Shown: positions 40,082 to 50,405 of the stretch, one piece after another
Layout of the letters: every line of letters begins with the position of its first letter
Numbering within the stretch: the stretch's first letter is position 1
Assembly: GCA_019058315.1 (NCBI GenBank)
Contig: JAHPZH010000002.1
Coordinates: forward strand, 753,625-817,624
From: Candidatus Helarchaeota archaeon
GTDB taxonomy: Archaea > Asgardarchaeota > Lokiarchaeia > Helarchaeales > RDOG01
DNA length: 64,000 nucleotides
Reading direction: 5' to 3'
Translations under genes and position numbers: made by a program
The notes under the pieces: generated by a model
Told to the model about the DNA's origin: nothing
What the model saw: the letters and a program-made list of their open reading frames with translations, nothing else
Databases searched by the model: none

Positions 40082-41548
40082 ATGAAAATAAAACGAAAAA
40101 GAATAACTAGATCTAAAATTGTATGCACGATTGGACCTGCAACTAAATCAGAAGATATATTAAAGAAACTAATTGAAGCAGGTATGAATGTTGCAAGATT
40201 AAATTTATCCCATGGAACTCATAAAGAACATGCTGAATTATTTGAAAGAATTAGGGCTTTATCCGATAAAATAGCAATAATGTTTGATATACAAGGCCCT
40301 AAAATACGTTTAGGAAAAATGAAAGATGATCTAAAATATAGCTTAAAAATGGGAGACCTATTTACATTAACATCAAGAAATATCGAAGGAAATGGAGATA
40401 TTTCATCGATTACATATAAGAAATTACCTTCTGATGTGAAAATAGGCGATTTATTATATGTCAATGACGGGATAATATGCTTAAAAGTTTTGGAAATAAA
40501 TAATAATACTGATATTAAATGCAAAGTTCTTACAGGAGGAGAAATTTCAAGTCATAAAGGAATTAATGCACCAAATGTGACAATTACCGAGACTGTACCG
40601 ACTGAACAAGACATCGAAAATTTGAAATTTATCGCTAAATTAAATTCTGATTATGTAGCTGCTTCTTTCGTTACAAATGCAGATAATGTGATTAGAATAA
40701 AGCAAATACTTGAAAATTCAAATGCAGATATCCCTATAATTAGTAAAATTGAACGTCCTGGTGCTATTAAAAATTTTGATGCTATATTAAAGGTTTCGAA
40801 TGGAATAATGGTAGCAAGAGGAGATCTTGGTGTGGAAATGCAGAGCGAAAATGTTCCTATTCTACAAAAGGAAATAATTAGAAAATGTAATAAAATTGGG
40901 AAACCAGTCATTTGCGCAACCCAAATGCTTGATAGTATGCAATATAAACCAACTCCTACTAGAGCAGAAGCTAGTGATGTCTTCAATGCGATATTAGATG
41001 GAGCAGATTCTGTTATGCTTTCCGGCGAAACTGCCATAGGAAAATATCCATTGGAAGCAGTTAAAATGATGGAAAAGATAATAATAAATGCCGAAAATTC
41101 CATGCCTCCTGTTGATTTATATAAATATGATTCAATAAATCCATCTAATGCAGAAATACTTAGTCATGCTGGAATGGTGATTTTAAGAGAAATTGATCGT
41201 CATAGACGGGCACAATTGGATGCGATTATAGTAATTACACGTTCTGGATATACGGCTCGGATGATTTCTAAGTATAGACCTAATGCACCGATTTTTGCGG
41301 TAACATATGATAAAAATACGTATAGACGTTTATTTCTCTTATGGGGAGTTGAAGCAATATATTTACCCCAAACCCCTAGCTTGCATACTATTACACGAGA
41401 AGCTATAAAAAAAGTGTATGAAGAAGGTTATATAGAACTTGATGATACAATATTAATTTCATCTGGTTCTGATTTGGTACCTCTAATTAAAACAACTTCT
41501 ATTAGCCTTTTTAATGTGAACGACATTCTGACTAATGAAAATTCTTAA
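40082..41548 (+). CDS. pyk: Pyruvate kinase
   Basis: RSKIVCTIGPAT, MNVARLNLSHG and MVARGDLG are present. Confidence 0.9.
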   Translation: MKIKRKRITRSKIVCTIGPATKSEDILKKLIEAGMNVARLNLSHGTHKEHAELFERIRALSDKIAIMFDIQGPKIRLGKMKDDLKYSLKMGDLFTLTSRNIEGNGDISSITYKKLPSDVKIGDLLYVNDGIICLKVLEINNNTDIKCKVLTGGEISSHKGINAPNVTITETVPTEQDIENLKFIAKLNSDYVAASFVTNADNVIRIKQILENSNADIPIISKIERPGAIKNFDAILKVSNGIMVARGDLGVEMQSENVPILQKEIIRKCNKIGKPVICATQMLDSMQYKPTPTRAEASDVFNAILDGADSVMLSGETAIGKYPLEAVKMMEKIIINAENSMPPVDLYKYDSINPSNAEILSHAGMVILREIDRHRRAQLDAIIVITRSGYTARMISKYRPNAPIFAVTYDKNTYRRLFLLWGVEAIYLPQTPSLHTITREAIKKVYEEGYIELDDTILISSGSDLVPLIKTTSISLFNVNDILTNENS

Positions 41549-41615
41549 TTTTTTACAAACTTTTAAAATAATAATTAAAGAAATTTATAAGTTCTCTTAA
41601 AAGTGTCTAAATTAA

Positions 41616-42788
41616 CTAAGAAAATCTTAGAATAAATGCAAGTTCTTCTTCACCAATATATCCTATTATGTTATTTTCTCGACCCCTAACAATAACTATC
41701 TTTGGATGTGTCGTTATTTGATTGATTTTTTTCCAAACTTCAAGACCGCTTTTATTATAATCTATTGATGGAAATTCGTCTATATCTCTCATTATACTTT
41801 TCGCGTTCTTCAAATGAGATTCTTCTACATTAACGTTCTTGATGTCTGTAAAATGAATAATTCCTATAATCTTTCCATCTATTCCAACAGGGAAATATCC
41901 CTTTTTGTATTTTATAAAATAATTATTAATCAAATTTTCGAGAGACATATCTTGGGGAATTATTAATTCAAATTCATGTAAAAGTTCACCAGCAGTAATT
42001 TTCGATAGCTTTACCTGAAGAATTGTCTGTAAATAAGCTGATTGGGCGGATGATCTTAAAAAGGATCCGATAATAATTAACCAAATACCATTTATTAGAC
42101 CAAAAAAGAAAATTTCTAAAAATCCGAATCCTATAAATAAAAAACCAAAAACTTGACCAACTTTTGAAGCAGTTTCTGTTGCTGATATATGATCTTTTCT
42201 AATTTTCCATATTAATGCTCTTAATAATCGGCCTCCATCCATTGGAAAAGCTGGCAAAAGATTAAATGCACCAAGTATCAGATTTGACCAAGCAGAATAA
42301 AAAATAGTAGCATCTAAAATTAATCGAGCAGGGTTAAAGAGTCCTTTATTAAAATTGATAAACGTAGAATAGAAATTAGGATATAAAAATTCATTAAAAG
42401 TGTCGCCCATGATAAACATCAATAGGAAGAAAAACCCACCTAGTAATAAACTTGAAAGGGGTCCTACAAAAGTAATAAGAGCTTCCTCCTTAGGACTTTT
42501 AGGTTCTTCTTCAATTTTAGAGACTCCCCCAAACAAATATAACTCAATTTCAGATATAGGTAACCCAAATTTTAATGCTGTCAAGGAATGTATTAGTTCA
42601 TGAATAATTATTGAAAATAGAATTATTAATCCATTTATTATTCCAATTATAATCAATTGCCAAAGAGGTGCCATTCCTAAGGTTAATTGATAATAAAATG
42701 ATGAGACTATATATCCTACCATTAAAACAATTAATAATGTTGAAAAATGTATAATAATCTGTATGCCTTTAATTTTAGCTAATTTCAA
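41616..42788 (-). CDS. Site-2 protease family (M50) zinc metalloprotease with a C-terminal CBS pair
   Basis: It has HELIHSL (HExxH), NLLPAFPMDGGR (the LDG motif) and about 160 aa of CBS-like C-terminus. Confidence 0.75.
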   Translation of the reverse strand: MKLAKIKGIQIIIHFSTLLIVLMVGYIVSSFYYQLTLGMAPLWQLIIIGIINGLIILFSIIIHELIHSLTALKFGLPISEIELYLFGGVSKIEEEPKSPKEEALITFVGPLSSLLLGGFFFLLMFIMGDTFNEFLYPNFYSTFINFNKGLFNPARLILDATIFYSAWSNLILGAFNLLPAFPMDGGRLLRALIWKIRKDHISATETASKVGQVFGFLFIGFGFLEIFFFGLINGIWLIIIGSFLRSSAQSAYLQTILQVKLSKITAGELLHEFELIIPQDMSLENLINNYFIKYKKGYFPVGIDGKIIGIIHFTDIKNVNVEESHLKNAKSIMRDIDEFPSIDYNKSGLEVWKKINQITTHPKIVIVRGRENNIIGYIGEEELAFILRFS

Positions 42789-42855
42789 AAAAATCTCTCC
42801 TCAAATTTTATAAATATTTATATATTCTGAATCTCATTAAATTAATTCTCATAGG

Positions 42856-43032
42856 CTAATCATATAACCAGAATATGTACAAAATTGTTGCTATATCATA
42901 TATATCAGTTTGTGCTTTATTATAGAAGTATATTCCTATTATTCCTACAATAACAGCGATTATAATAATTATAGATCCTAAAATTAATGGTCTTTTCCAG
43001 TTATCCACAATCCTCTGATCTTGATCACTCAT
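42856..43032 (-). CDS. Small (58-aa) single-TM protein, not in the ORF track
   Basis: It encodes MSDQDQRIVDNWKRPLILGSIIIIIAVIVGIIGIYFYNKAQTDIYDIATILYIFWLYD*. This is weak evidence. Confidence 0.25.
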   Translation of the reverse strand: MSDQDQRIVDNWKRPLILGSIIIIIAVIVGIIGIYFYNKAQTDIYDIATILYIFWLYD

Positions 43033-43286
43033 TTTATCATTCCAACACAGTATTTTGTAAAAATAAAATGAAAAAAATTAATGAAAACAAAATATAAAAA
43101 AAATTTAGTATAATTATACTTACGAAAATTCTTATAAAAAGAATAATGTAATTTGAATAATCTAAAAGTTGAATTATGTTTTATTAGGTCATACGGATTT
43201 CTATACAAATATTAGAGGTTTTTTATAATTTATATTTATCAAATAGTATGAAAAATCCATTCAAAATTAATTTTTAGTGAAATAAC

Positions 43287-44204
43287 TTGGAAAACAATGA
43301 AGGAGAAAAATTAGAAATAAATGTATATTTACAAAAAATGAGAATAAAACCCCAAGTAAATGGAACAGGTCAATATTTTAAAACTAAATCTGGCGATGAT
43401 CTTTATTATTATAGCTGGAGCTGTGGAAAGGAGCTAAAAAAAATCGTTTTAGGTATTCATGGTATGGCATCACATGGGATATTCTATATTCAAGTTGCAG
43501 ATCAATTAATTCCAGATAATATCACCGTATACGCTTTGGATTTAAAACACCATGGAAAATCTAGTGGTAAGAAAGGAGATATAGATAATTTTGAAGAAAT
43601 TATTGATCAAGTTGGTGAATTTATTCTATTCCTCAAACAGAAGCACGAAGATATCCCAATCTTCCTTATGGGAATGAGCCTGGGTTGTACTGTAGCAATT
43701 AATTATTCTGTATTATTCCCTAATATAATTAATGGGTTAATTTTAATGGCACCCCCCGTAAAAACAATCCTACATCTCACATTTAGAGATTTTATAGAAT
43801 CTCCATATTATTTACTTACATATTTATTTTTTAGAGGAAAACCCGTAATTGATTTAACAAAGAGACATAGTTTATGTTCTAGAAATCCATGGAGGATTAA
43901 ATACGATGAAATTGATAAATTACATCTAAAAAAAATATCTTTAAGATACTTGCTCCAAGGTAATGAATGGGATAAAAAAGCTCACGATAATGCAAATAAA
44001 ATTTCCTGTCCAGTATTAATTCTACAAGGAACTGCTGATCATACTGTATCATATGAGGGAGTAGAGGAATTCTATAATAAAATTTTATATGATGATAAAA
44101 AATTAGTTGAATTAAAAGGTGCATATCACTGTTTATTTTCAGATCCAGCAATGGTGGAACAAGGAGGTTGGGAAGAACTTAAAAATTGGCTTTTATCTCA
44201 TTAA
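43287..44204 (+). CDS. Alpha/beta hydrolase (lysophospholipase / monoacylglycerol lipase-like)
   Basis: A nucleophile elbow GMSLGC, catalytic Asp/His near the C-terminus (GTADHTV...AYHCLF), and an HG oxyanion motif. Confidence 0.7.
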   Translation: MENNEGEKLEINVYLQKMRIKPQVNGTGQYFKTKSGDDLYYYSWSCGKELKKIVLGIHGMASHGIFYIQVADQLIPDNITVYALDLKHHGKSSGKKGDIDNFEEIIDQVGEFILFLKQKHEDIPIFLMGMSLGCTVAINYSVLFPNIINGLILMAPPVKTILHLTFRDFIESPYYLLTYLFFRGKPVIDLTKRHSLCSRNPWRIKYDEIDKLHLKKISLRYLLQGNEWDKKAHDNANKISCPVLILQGTADHTVSYEGVEEFYNKILYDDKKLVELKGAYHCLFSDPAMVEQGGWEELKNWLLSH

Positions 44205-44273
44205 TAGAGTGTTATTAGTAAAATTAATTGTTCATTTTCCTATTTATATGAAAAAATTTTCCTAGAAAAAATA

Positions 44274-44780
44274 CTAAATTATCTTTTTTCTTAATCTATT
44301 CAGTTCTTTAATAAAAATATCCATTTCTTCTTCTGTTAGGGGCTTAGGATCAAAATGTTCTCCTTTATTAGGAATATATGGGGGGTTTCCCCAGTCGGAA
44401 TCACTTTTATAACGGGGATATACATTCCAATGAATATGATGGTCCCAATTATCATAATATGCTAAATTAAATAGATCTGGTTTAATTGCCTTATCTAATG
44501 CTCTCATTATTTTTATAGTATCATTCATGAATGAGTCAACAGTTTTTTCATGTAATTTTAAAAGATCTTCCTCATGAGTTTTTATCATTATAACTAAATG
44601 ACCTTTATGGTGAAGTCTGCCAAATACAACTACAATATGATCATCCTCAAACAAAATTTCTTTCTCTTTCATAATTATTTGACAAAAATTACATTCTGGA
44701 TGGTTAGCTGGATTATTATTTTCATGTTTTAAATATTTGAATCGTTTAATTTCTATTTTTTTCCCTTTTCTGTTTACCAA
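44274..44780 (-). CDS. HIT-family (histidine triad) hydrolase
   Basis: CNFCQIIMKEKEILFEDDHIVVVF...GHLVIMIKTHEE and the His triad region DHHIHWNVYPR. Confidence 0.65.
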   Translation of the reverse strand: MVNRKGKKIEIKRFKYLKHENNNPANHPECNFCQIIMKEKEILFEDDHIVVVFGRLHHKGHLVIMIKTHEEDLLKLHEKTVDSFMNDTIKIMRALDKAIKPDLFNLAYYDNWDHHIHWNVYPRYKSDSDWGNPPYIPNKGEHFDPKPLTEEEMDIFIKELNRLRKKII

Positions 44781-45168
44781 AAAAACACCCTAAATAATCA
44801 TTCTTATTTTAAAGCAACTTATGCTTATTTTAAAGCAATTTCTGTATATAAATTATATTAATGAAAAATCTATTTTATCTTTAGAATAAGTTTAGTTTTT
44901 TAAAAGCCAAAAATCGAGTTTTCAAAGAAAATTAAAATAATTAATTTAATTAGCTTTTAAAATCGGTTTATTAAGTAAAAATTTCATAGAATTATATAAT
45001 AATACATTATGAATTTCATCATATTTTTTCAACAACAGTTTTTTTCTTCTCATCTAATTTGGTAAAGAATTTCAATTTGATAAAATTATTTTTATCAGAA
45101 TTTCTTTGGGAATAAAAAAATATGTTAAAATATTACTTAATTCATAAGGAAAATAATGAGGTATATGT

Positions 45169-46749
45169 ATGAATGAAGATCCCTATGATATTGTGGTAAT
45201 TGGAGCAGGTCCTGGTGGATACCCTGCTGCAATTCGCTCGGCACAATATAATGCAAAAGTTGCTTTAATTGAAAAAGACAAAGTGGGGGGTACGTGTTTA
45301 AATAGAGGGTGTATCCCAAGTAAAGTCCTTTATAGTGCTGCAAAACTAATAGACGATATTGAAGAGAAGACAAATATCTTTGGAATCGAAATTACTGGAG
45401 AAATTAAACCAAATTTTGAAAAAGCTATTGAGAGAAAAAATCTAGTTGTAAAACAGCTAATAGAAGGTATTGAAGTTTTAATTCAACAAAGAAAAATTGA
45501 TTTATTTTATGGTTATGGTAGTATTATTGGTGGGAATGTAAAGCAAGGATTTGATGTTAAAATAGAAGGTAAGGATTCAAAACAAATAAAAGCAAGACGC
45601 ATTATTTTAGCTACTGGCTCATCTCCTGGACTATTCCCTACCTTTAATATAGATCATGAACGAATTTTAACAAGTGACGATATTTTAGAGCCAAATTTTA
45701 AAACTGTTCCAAAAACTATCTTAATAATTGGCGGTGGTGTCATCGGTTGTGAATTTGCATTCGTTTTTAGGAAATTCGGTTCAAAAGTAATTATGTTGGA
45801 AGCGCTACCAACTATTCTTTCTAAAGAAGAACCTTTGATTGTTCGGGAACTTAAGAAGAAATTCAAAACAATGGGTATTGAAATTTATGAAAATCAAAAG
45901 GTTTTAAAAATTGAAAATACAGGTTTAGGAGTAAGAGCAACTACAATCAAAGGTAATGTTCCTATTGATCAAATTGATTCAATAGAAAAAAGTATTTTTA
46001 AAGCCGATCTTTGTCTGATTTCAATTGGAAGGGCTTATGCTTCTAAGGGTCTTGGATTGGAAAATACAAAGGCCGAAATCAACCATGGGAAAATAATAGT
46101 AAATCCAAAAACATTAGAAACTTCAGAAAAAGGAATTTATGCTATTGGTGATGTTACTGGTGGCATAATGTTAGCCCATGTAGCAAGTTATGAAGGAGAT
46201 GTTGCTGTTTTTAATGCTCTTACTAGTATAGGAGGGTTTGATACTTATGCTGTGGAGGCAGATTACTCGGTTGTCCCAGCTTCTATTTTCACGGCTTACG
46301 AAATCGGCTCTGTAGGATTTAAAACACAATATTTCAAAGATAGAAATATTAAAATTAGGACTGGTCGATTTGGTTACGCAGCACTTGGGAAAGCTAAATG
46401 TATGAGTGAAGAAGAGGGATTCTTAATGATAAATACAGATGAACAAACAGAGGAGATACTAGGAGCATCTTGTATTGGTGTTTCAGCGCCCGAATTAATT
46501 TCAGAAATAGCACTTGCGATGAAAAATGGATTAACAATACTTGATATAACAAATACAATCCATAGTCATCCAACAGTATCAGAAATGGTAAAGGAAGCAG
46601 CGGCGGATGTTTATGGACTAGCAATACATCGAATAAAACCCCGTATTAAACAAAAAATTGACTTGAAAGAGGATATGATCCAAAAATTCGCTAAGAGTGA
46701 AAAATTGAAAAAACATGGTCTTATTACATTGGAAATACCTGTTATATAA
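45169..46749 (+). CDS. Dihydrolipoamide dehydrogenase-family FAD/NAD(P) disulfide oxidoreductase
   Basis: YDIVVIGAGPGGY, the redox disulfide GGTCLNRGCIPSK, a second Rossmann IIGGGVIGCEFA, the C-terminal HSHPTVSE, and a ~60-aa C-terminal extension. Confidence 0.8.
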   Translation: MNEDPYDIVVIGAGPGGYPAAIRSAQYNAKVALIEKDKVGGTCLNRGCIPSKVLYSAAKLIDDIEEKTNIFGIEITGEIKPNFEKAIERKNLVVKQLIEGIEVLIQQRKIDLFYGYGSIIGGNVKQGFDVKIEGKDSKQIKARRIILATGSSPGLFPTFNIDHERILTSDDILEPNFKTVPKTILIIGGGVIGCEFAFVFRKFGSKVIMLEALPTILSKEEPLIVRELKKKFKTMGIEIYENQKVLKIENTGLGVRATTIKGNVPIDQIDSIEKSIFKADLCLISIGRAYASKGLGLENTKAEINHGKIIVNPKTLETSEKGIYAIGDVTGGIMLAHVASYEGDVAVFNALTSIGGFDTYAVEADYSVVPASIFTAYEIGSVGFKTQYFKDRNIKIRTGRFGYAALGKAKCMSEEEGFLMINTDEQTEEILGASCIGVSAPELISEIALAMKNGLTILDITNTIHSHPTVSEMVKEAAADVYGLAIHRIKPRIKQKIDLKEDMIQKFAKSEKLKKHGLITLEIPVI

Positions 46750-46783
46750 TGAATATTTCTATAATTACCAAGGACTGCCATAA

Positions 46784-47407
46784 TTATCTTAATTTTGGAT
46801 ATAACATTGGCACGTTTTTTTTATACTCCTCATAATCTTTACCAAATTCTTTAATTAATTCTCTCTCCTCCTTCCAAGCTGTTAAATAATTATATAAAAT
46901 GATTAGAGGAGTAGAGAGTAAAGAAAACAATGATGATAATAAAATAGAAATGCCCAGATGGGATAAGATAGCACCAAAATACTGAGGATGTCTTATAAAT
47001 GAATATATACCTGTCGTAACTACCTTTTCTGCCTTATGGGTTTCTGATACCTCTAAGGTGGTTTCTTTAACACCAACTATTCCAAACCAAGCACCCAATA
47101 AGATTATTGGAATTGAAATAATAAGATGAACTAAAGGAATAGAATAATTTATGAATGGTATTATTATTATCAAATCTTGAAAAATAGGAACAGTAAATTT
47201 TGGTTGGGGTGAAATCCAAATACCAAATAAAAAAATAAAAAAACCCCATCCCGAAGCCATGCCAAGAATTTTAGTAATTTTATCTCCCTTCTCTAAACCA
47301 TATTTTTTTTGAAATTTTAAATGCTCAACTGATAAAAAGTGAATTGGTAATATTAAGAATATTCCAATAAGAAAAATAAAAAACCAAATCCATTCCAATA
47401 CTTTCAC
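46784..47407 (-). CDS. ICMT / PEMT-family membrane methyltransferase (second copy)
   Basis: GIYSFIRHPQYFGAIL...EERELIKEFGKDYEEYKKNVPMLYP, the classic RHPxY...EE motif. Confidence 0.7.
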   Translation of the reverse strand: MKVLEWIWFFIFLIGIFLILPIHFLSVEHLKFQKKYGLEKGDKITKILGMASGWGFFIFLFGIWISPQPKFTVPIFQDLIIIIPFINYSIPLVHLIISIPIILLGAWFGIVGVKETTLEVSETHKAEKVVTTGIYSFIRHPQYFGAILSHLGISILLSSLFSLLSTPLIILYNYLTAWKEERELIKEFGKDYEEYKKNVPMLYPKLR

Positions 47408-47561
47408 CCACTAAAAACACAATTAATGAAGGAAAATTTATCTTTATTGGTTTAATTCTTCAAAAAATTATGCTTCTTTTATAGTTACATATTCAGTTGT
47501 TTTTTTTTTGTTTGAAATTGTTTAATATGTTAAATATTAATACGGTGCATTTATTACAGAA

Positions 47562-47723
47562 TTATGATATTTTTTGGAATCTATCCTTACCTACACCACA
47601 TACCGGACATAACCAGTCATTGGGAAGATCCTCAAAGGGTGTTCCAAGGGCTATACCTTGAGTATCATCGCCAATCTCTGGATCATAAATATAACCACAT
47701 TCTATACATTCATACTTATCCAT
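47562..47723 (-). CDS. rub: Rubredoxin (53 aa, below the ORF-track size cutoff)
   Basis: It encodes [53 protein letters not shown], with two CxxCG knuckles. Confidence 0.75.
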   Translation of the reverse strand: MDKYECIECGYIYDPEIGDDTQGIALGTPFEDLPNDWLCPVCGVGKDRFQKIS

Positions 47724-47841
47724 AATTATTCACCAATTTTTTCAAATCGATGATCTATAAATATGAATATTCGATTAAAGTAATATCGATCGTTTTTTTT
47801 TAATTTTTACTTAAAATATAGAGCTTAAAGAGGAGCTTACT

Positions 47842-49503
47842 ATGATTAAAGATATTTTTACGTTTATAGTCGGAGGTAAAGCTGGTGAAGGAATCAGAAA
47901 AGCTGGTGCGGTTGCAGGAAAGATTTTTTCAAAGAAAAGACGTTATATTTTTATTATGGATGATTATCCGAGTCTTATCAGAGGAGGTCACAATTTCTCC
48001 GTTGTCAGTACCTCTGTTAGGAAAGTTTCAAGCCATTATATGAAAGCTGACTTAATAGTTGCTCTAGATAAAAGAAGCTATGATAATCATATTAAAAATC
48101 TTTCAGACCAAGGTATTATTGTATATAATTCTGATGATGAATTAAAAGATGTTAAAGGCGTTGGTGTACCGTTAAAATCCAACGCAAAAAAATATCCATT
48201 CAAAGATTTGATTCTAGGTGTCGGTGCAGTTGCAATCCTTGCAGCTGCGATAGGTATTGATAAAAATGAATTAGGAAAAATAATTAAAGATCAATATCCC
48301 ACTGGTATTGAGGATAATATAGAATATGCTATTACAATATATGATATAGTTCATCCTGAAATTGGAGGGAAATATCAACTCGAAGAAGGAAATCAAGAAT
48401 TACCATTTTTTACTGGAAATGAGTTGATTGCCCTTGGTGCGGCAGCAGCAGGATTAGATGTTTATTTTGCTTACCCTATGACTCCTTCAACATCCATTCT
48501 TCATTATTTAGCTTCAAACGATAGGGATCTTGGTATAACTGTTGTACAACCCGAAAATGAAATAGCAGTTATTAACATGGCAATAGGCTCTACTTTTACT
48601 GGAGCAAGAACAATGATTGCGAGTAGTGGTGGTGGTTTTGCTCTTATGCAAGAAGCTTTATCTCTTGCAGGCATGGTTGAATCACCGATTTTATGCATTA
48701 TTTCATCTAGACCTGGACCATCAACAGGTGTTCCTACTTATACTGAACAAGCTGATCTATTTTTTGCTCTTAATCAAGGTCATGGAGAATTTCCAAAAAT
48801 AGTTGCATCACCAGGTTCTGTTGAAGAAACATTTTATCTTACTGCTGAATTACTATATTTGGCTTGGCAGTTTCAAACACCGGCATTATTACTTACTGAA
48901 AAACACATGTCCGAAAGTAGAATGTCTGTAAAAATCGATCCGGAAAAAGTCAAGTGGGCTGAACCCTTAATGCATAAAGAAGGAGAATATAAAAGATATA
49001 TTGACACTAATTCAGGAGTTTCACCTTTATTATTCCCACTGACGAAGAATATAAATAAATGGAATAGTTATGAACATGATGAACTTGGGTTTACAACAGA
49101 AAATGCTGCCATGATTTCTAAAATGCATATAAAACGAAGAAAAAAGTTGGATAGTATTAAAAAGTTTATGGAAAAAATTCATACAGTTAATATATTTGGT
49201 GAAAAAGGCCCTGTTATCTTTACTTACGGATCTACTACAATGAGTGTATTAGAAGCTTGTAAAGTGGGTGATATTGAAGCTCAAGTGGTTCAACCAATCT
49301 ATTTAAGACCATTTCCAATATGGGAACTTGAAAAATTTAAAAATGAACGTACAATATGTGTAGAACTTAATTCATTTGGGCAACTGGCTACTATTCTTAA
49401 AAATGAGATTGGTATTAAACCCATTGAAGTAATTAAGAAATTCGATGGAAGACCTTTTGATCCGATTGAGTTATCAAAAAGAATAAAGGAGGTAGTCAGA
49501 TAA
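47842..49503 (+). CDS. 2-oxoacid:ferredoxin oxidoreductase, fused gamma-alpha subunit
   Basis: The N-terminal gamma-like domain (GGKAGEGIRKAG...) is fused to the alpha domain (YPMTPST...). It is immediately followed by the TPP-binding beta subunit. Confidence 0.8.
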   Translation: MIKDIFTFIVGGKAGEGIRKAGAVAGKIFSKKRRYIFIMDDYPSLIRGGHNFSVVSTSVRKVSSHYMKADLIVALDKRSYDNHIKNLSDQGIIVYNSDDELKDVKGVGVPLKSNAKKYPFKDLILGVGAVAILAAAIGIDKNELGKIIKDQYPTGIEDNIEYAITIYDIVHPEIGGKYQLEEGNQELPFFTGNELIALGAAAAGLDVYFAYPMTPSTSILHYLASNDRDLGITVVQPENEIAVINMAIGSTFTGARTMIASSGGGFALMQEALSLAGMVESPILCIISSRPGPSTGVPTYTEQADLFFALNQGHGEFPKIVASPGSVEETFYLTAELLYLAWQFQTPALLLTEKHMSESRMSVKIDPEKVKWAEPLMHKEGEYKRYIDTNSGVSPLLFPLTKNINKWNSYEHDELGFTTENAAMISKMHIKRRKKLDSIKKFMEKIHTVNIFGEKGPVIFTYGSTTMSVLEACKVGDIEAQVVQPIYLRPFPIWELEKFKNERTICVELNSFGQLATILKNEIGIKPIEVIKKFDGRPFDPIELSKRIKEVVR

Positions 49504-50339
49504 TGGAAAGTTTAGGAACTTATGTGGAAAATACTTGGTGTCCAGGTTGTGGAAACTTTGGGATTCTTAATGCTTTTAAAAAAGCAGTTATAGCTCTAGA
49601 AAACAAGGGAATATCAAAAGAAAAGATCATAATTTCAGCCGGAATTGGATGTCACGCTAAAATATTTGATTATTTAAATTTAAGTGGACTATATTCTATT
49701 CATGGTCGGTCTATGGCGACAATTCAGGGAATAAAACTTGCGAATCCGGATCTTAAAGTTGTTGCTTTTGCTGGTGATGGAGATGCTTTTGGTGAAGGTA
49801 TAGCACATATGATATTTGCAGCAAAAAGAAATGCTGATATAACTGTTATTGTTCACGATAATGGGCGTTATAGCTTAACAACAGGACAATATACCCCATT
49901 AACTGAAAAAGGGTATAAAGGACCTTCAACACCTAGAGGTACAGTAGAGGATCCTCTTAACCCTTTATCGCTCCTCATAGAAGCTGGTGCGACTTTTGTG
50001 GCCAGAGGATATTCGGGAAAAATACAACATCTTACTGATTTAATAACTCAAGCAATAGAGCATGAAGGATTTTCGTTTATTAATGTACTTCAACCATGTA
50101 TTACGTACAATAATACGTATAAGAAATATAATAAACTAGTTGAGATATTAGATGAAACTCCTGCCACTATAGAGGAAGCTATTGCAATTTCTAAAAGAAA
50201 AGATACATTACCAATTGGAATTATATACAAAACTAAAAAGACATCATTTCATAAAAGATTATACGGGGATTATAATCCTGTTTTAAATCGTATGTCCCGA
50301 GAGGTTAAGTTAAAAACAATACTAAAGTTACTAAAATAA
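49503..50339 (+). CDS. 2-oxoacid:ferredoxin oxidoreductase beta subunit (TPP-binding)
   Basis: WCPGCGNFGIL, the TPP motif AFAGDGDAFGEG, a GGAGG Shine-Dalgarno motif, and a 1-nt overlap with the alpha subunit. Confidence 0.85.
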   Translation: MESLGTYVENTWCPGCGNFGILNAFKKAVIALENKGISKEKIIISAGIGCHAKIFDYLNLSGLYSIHGRSMATIQGIKLANPDLKVVAFAGDGDAFGEGIAHMIFAAKRNADITVIVHDNGRYSLTTGQYTPLTEKGYKGPSTPRGTVEDPLNPLSLLIEAGATFVARGYSGKIQHLTDLITQAIEHEGFSFINVLQPCITYNNTYKKYNKLVEILDETPATIEEAIAISKRKDTLPIGIIYKTKKTSFHKRLYGDYNPVLNRMSREVKLKTILKLLK

Positions 50340-50405
50340 GTATTTTCAAATCAAAATTTATTATTTTTTTATTATTTTGTTCTATAAAAATTACTCTTTT
50401 ATAAT

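Noticed and set aside
42856-43032. 58-aa single-TM ORF
   Set aside because: It is retained only as a low-confidence feature. It has no Shine-Dalgarno motif and no conservation evidence, so it could be chance in AT-rich DNA.
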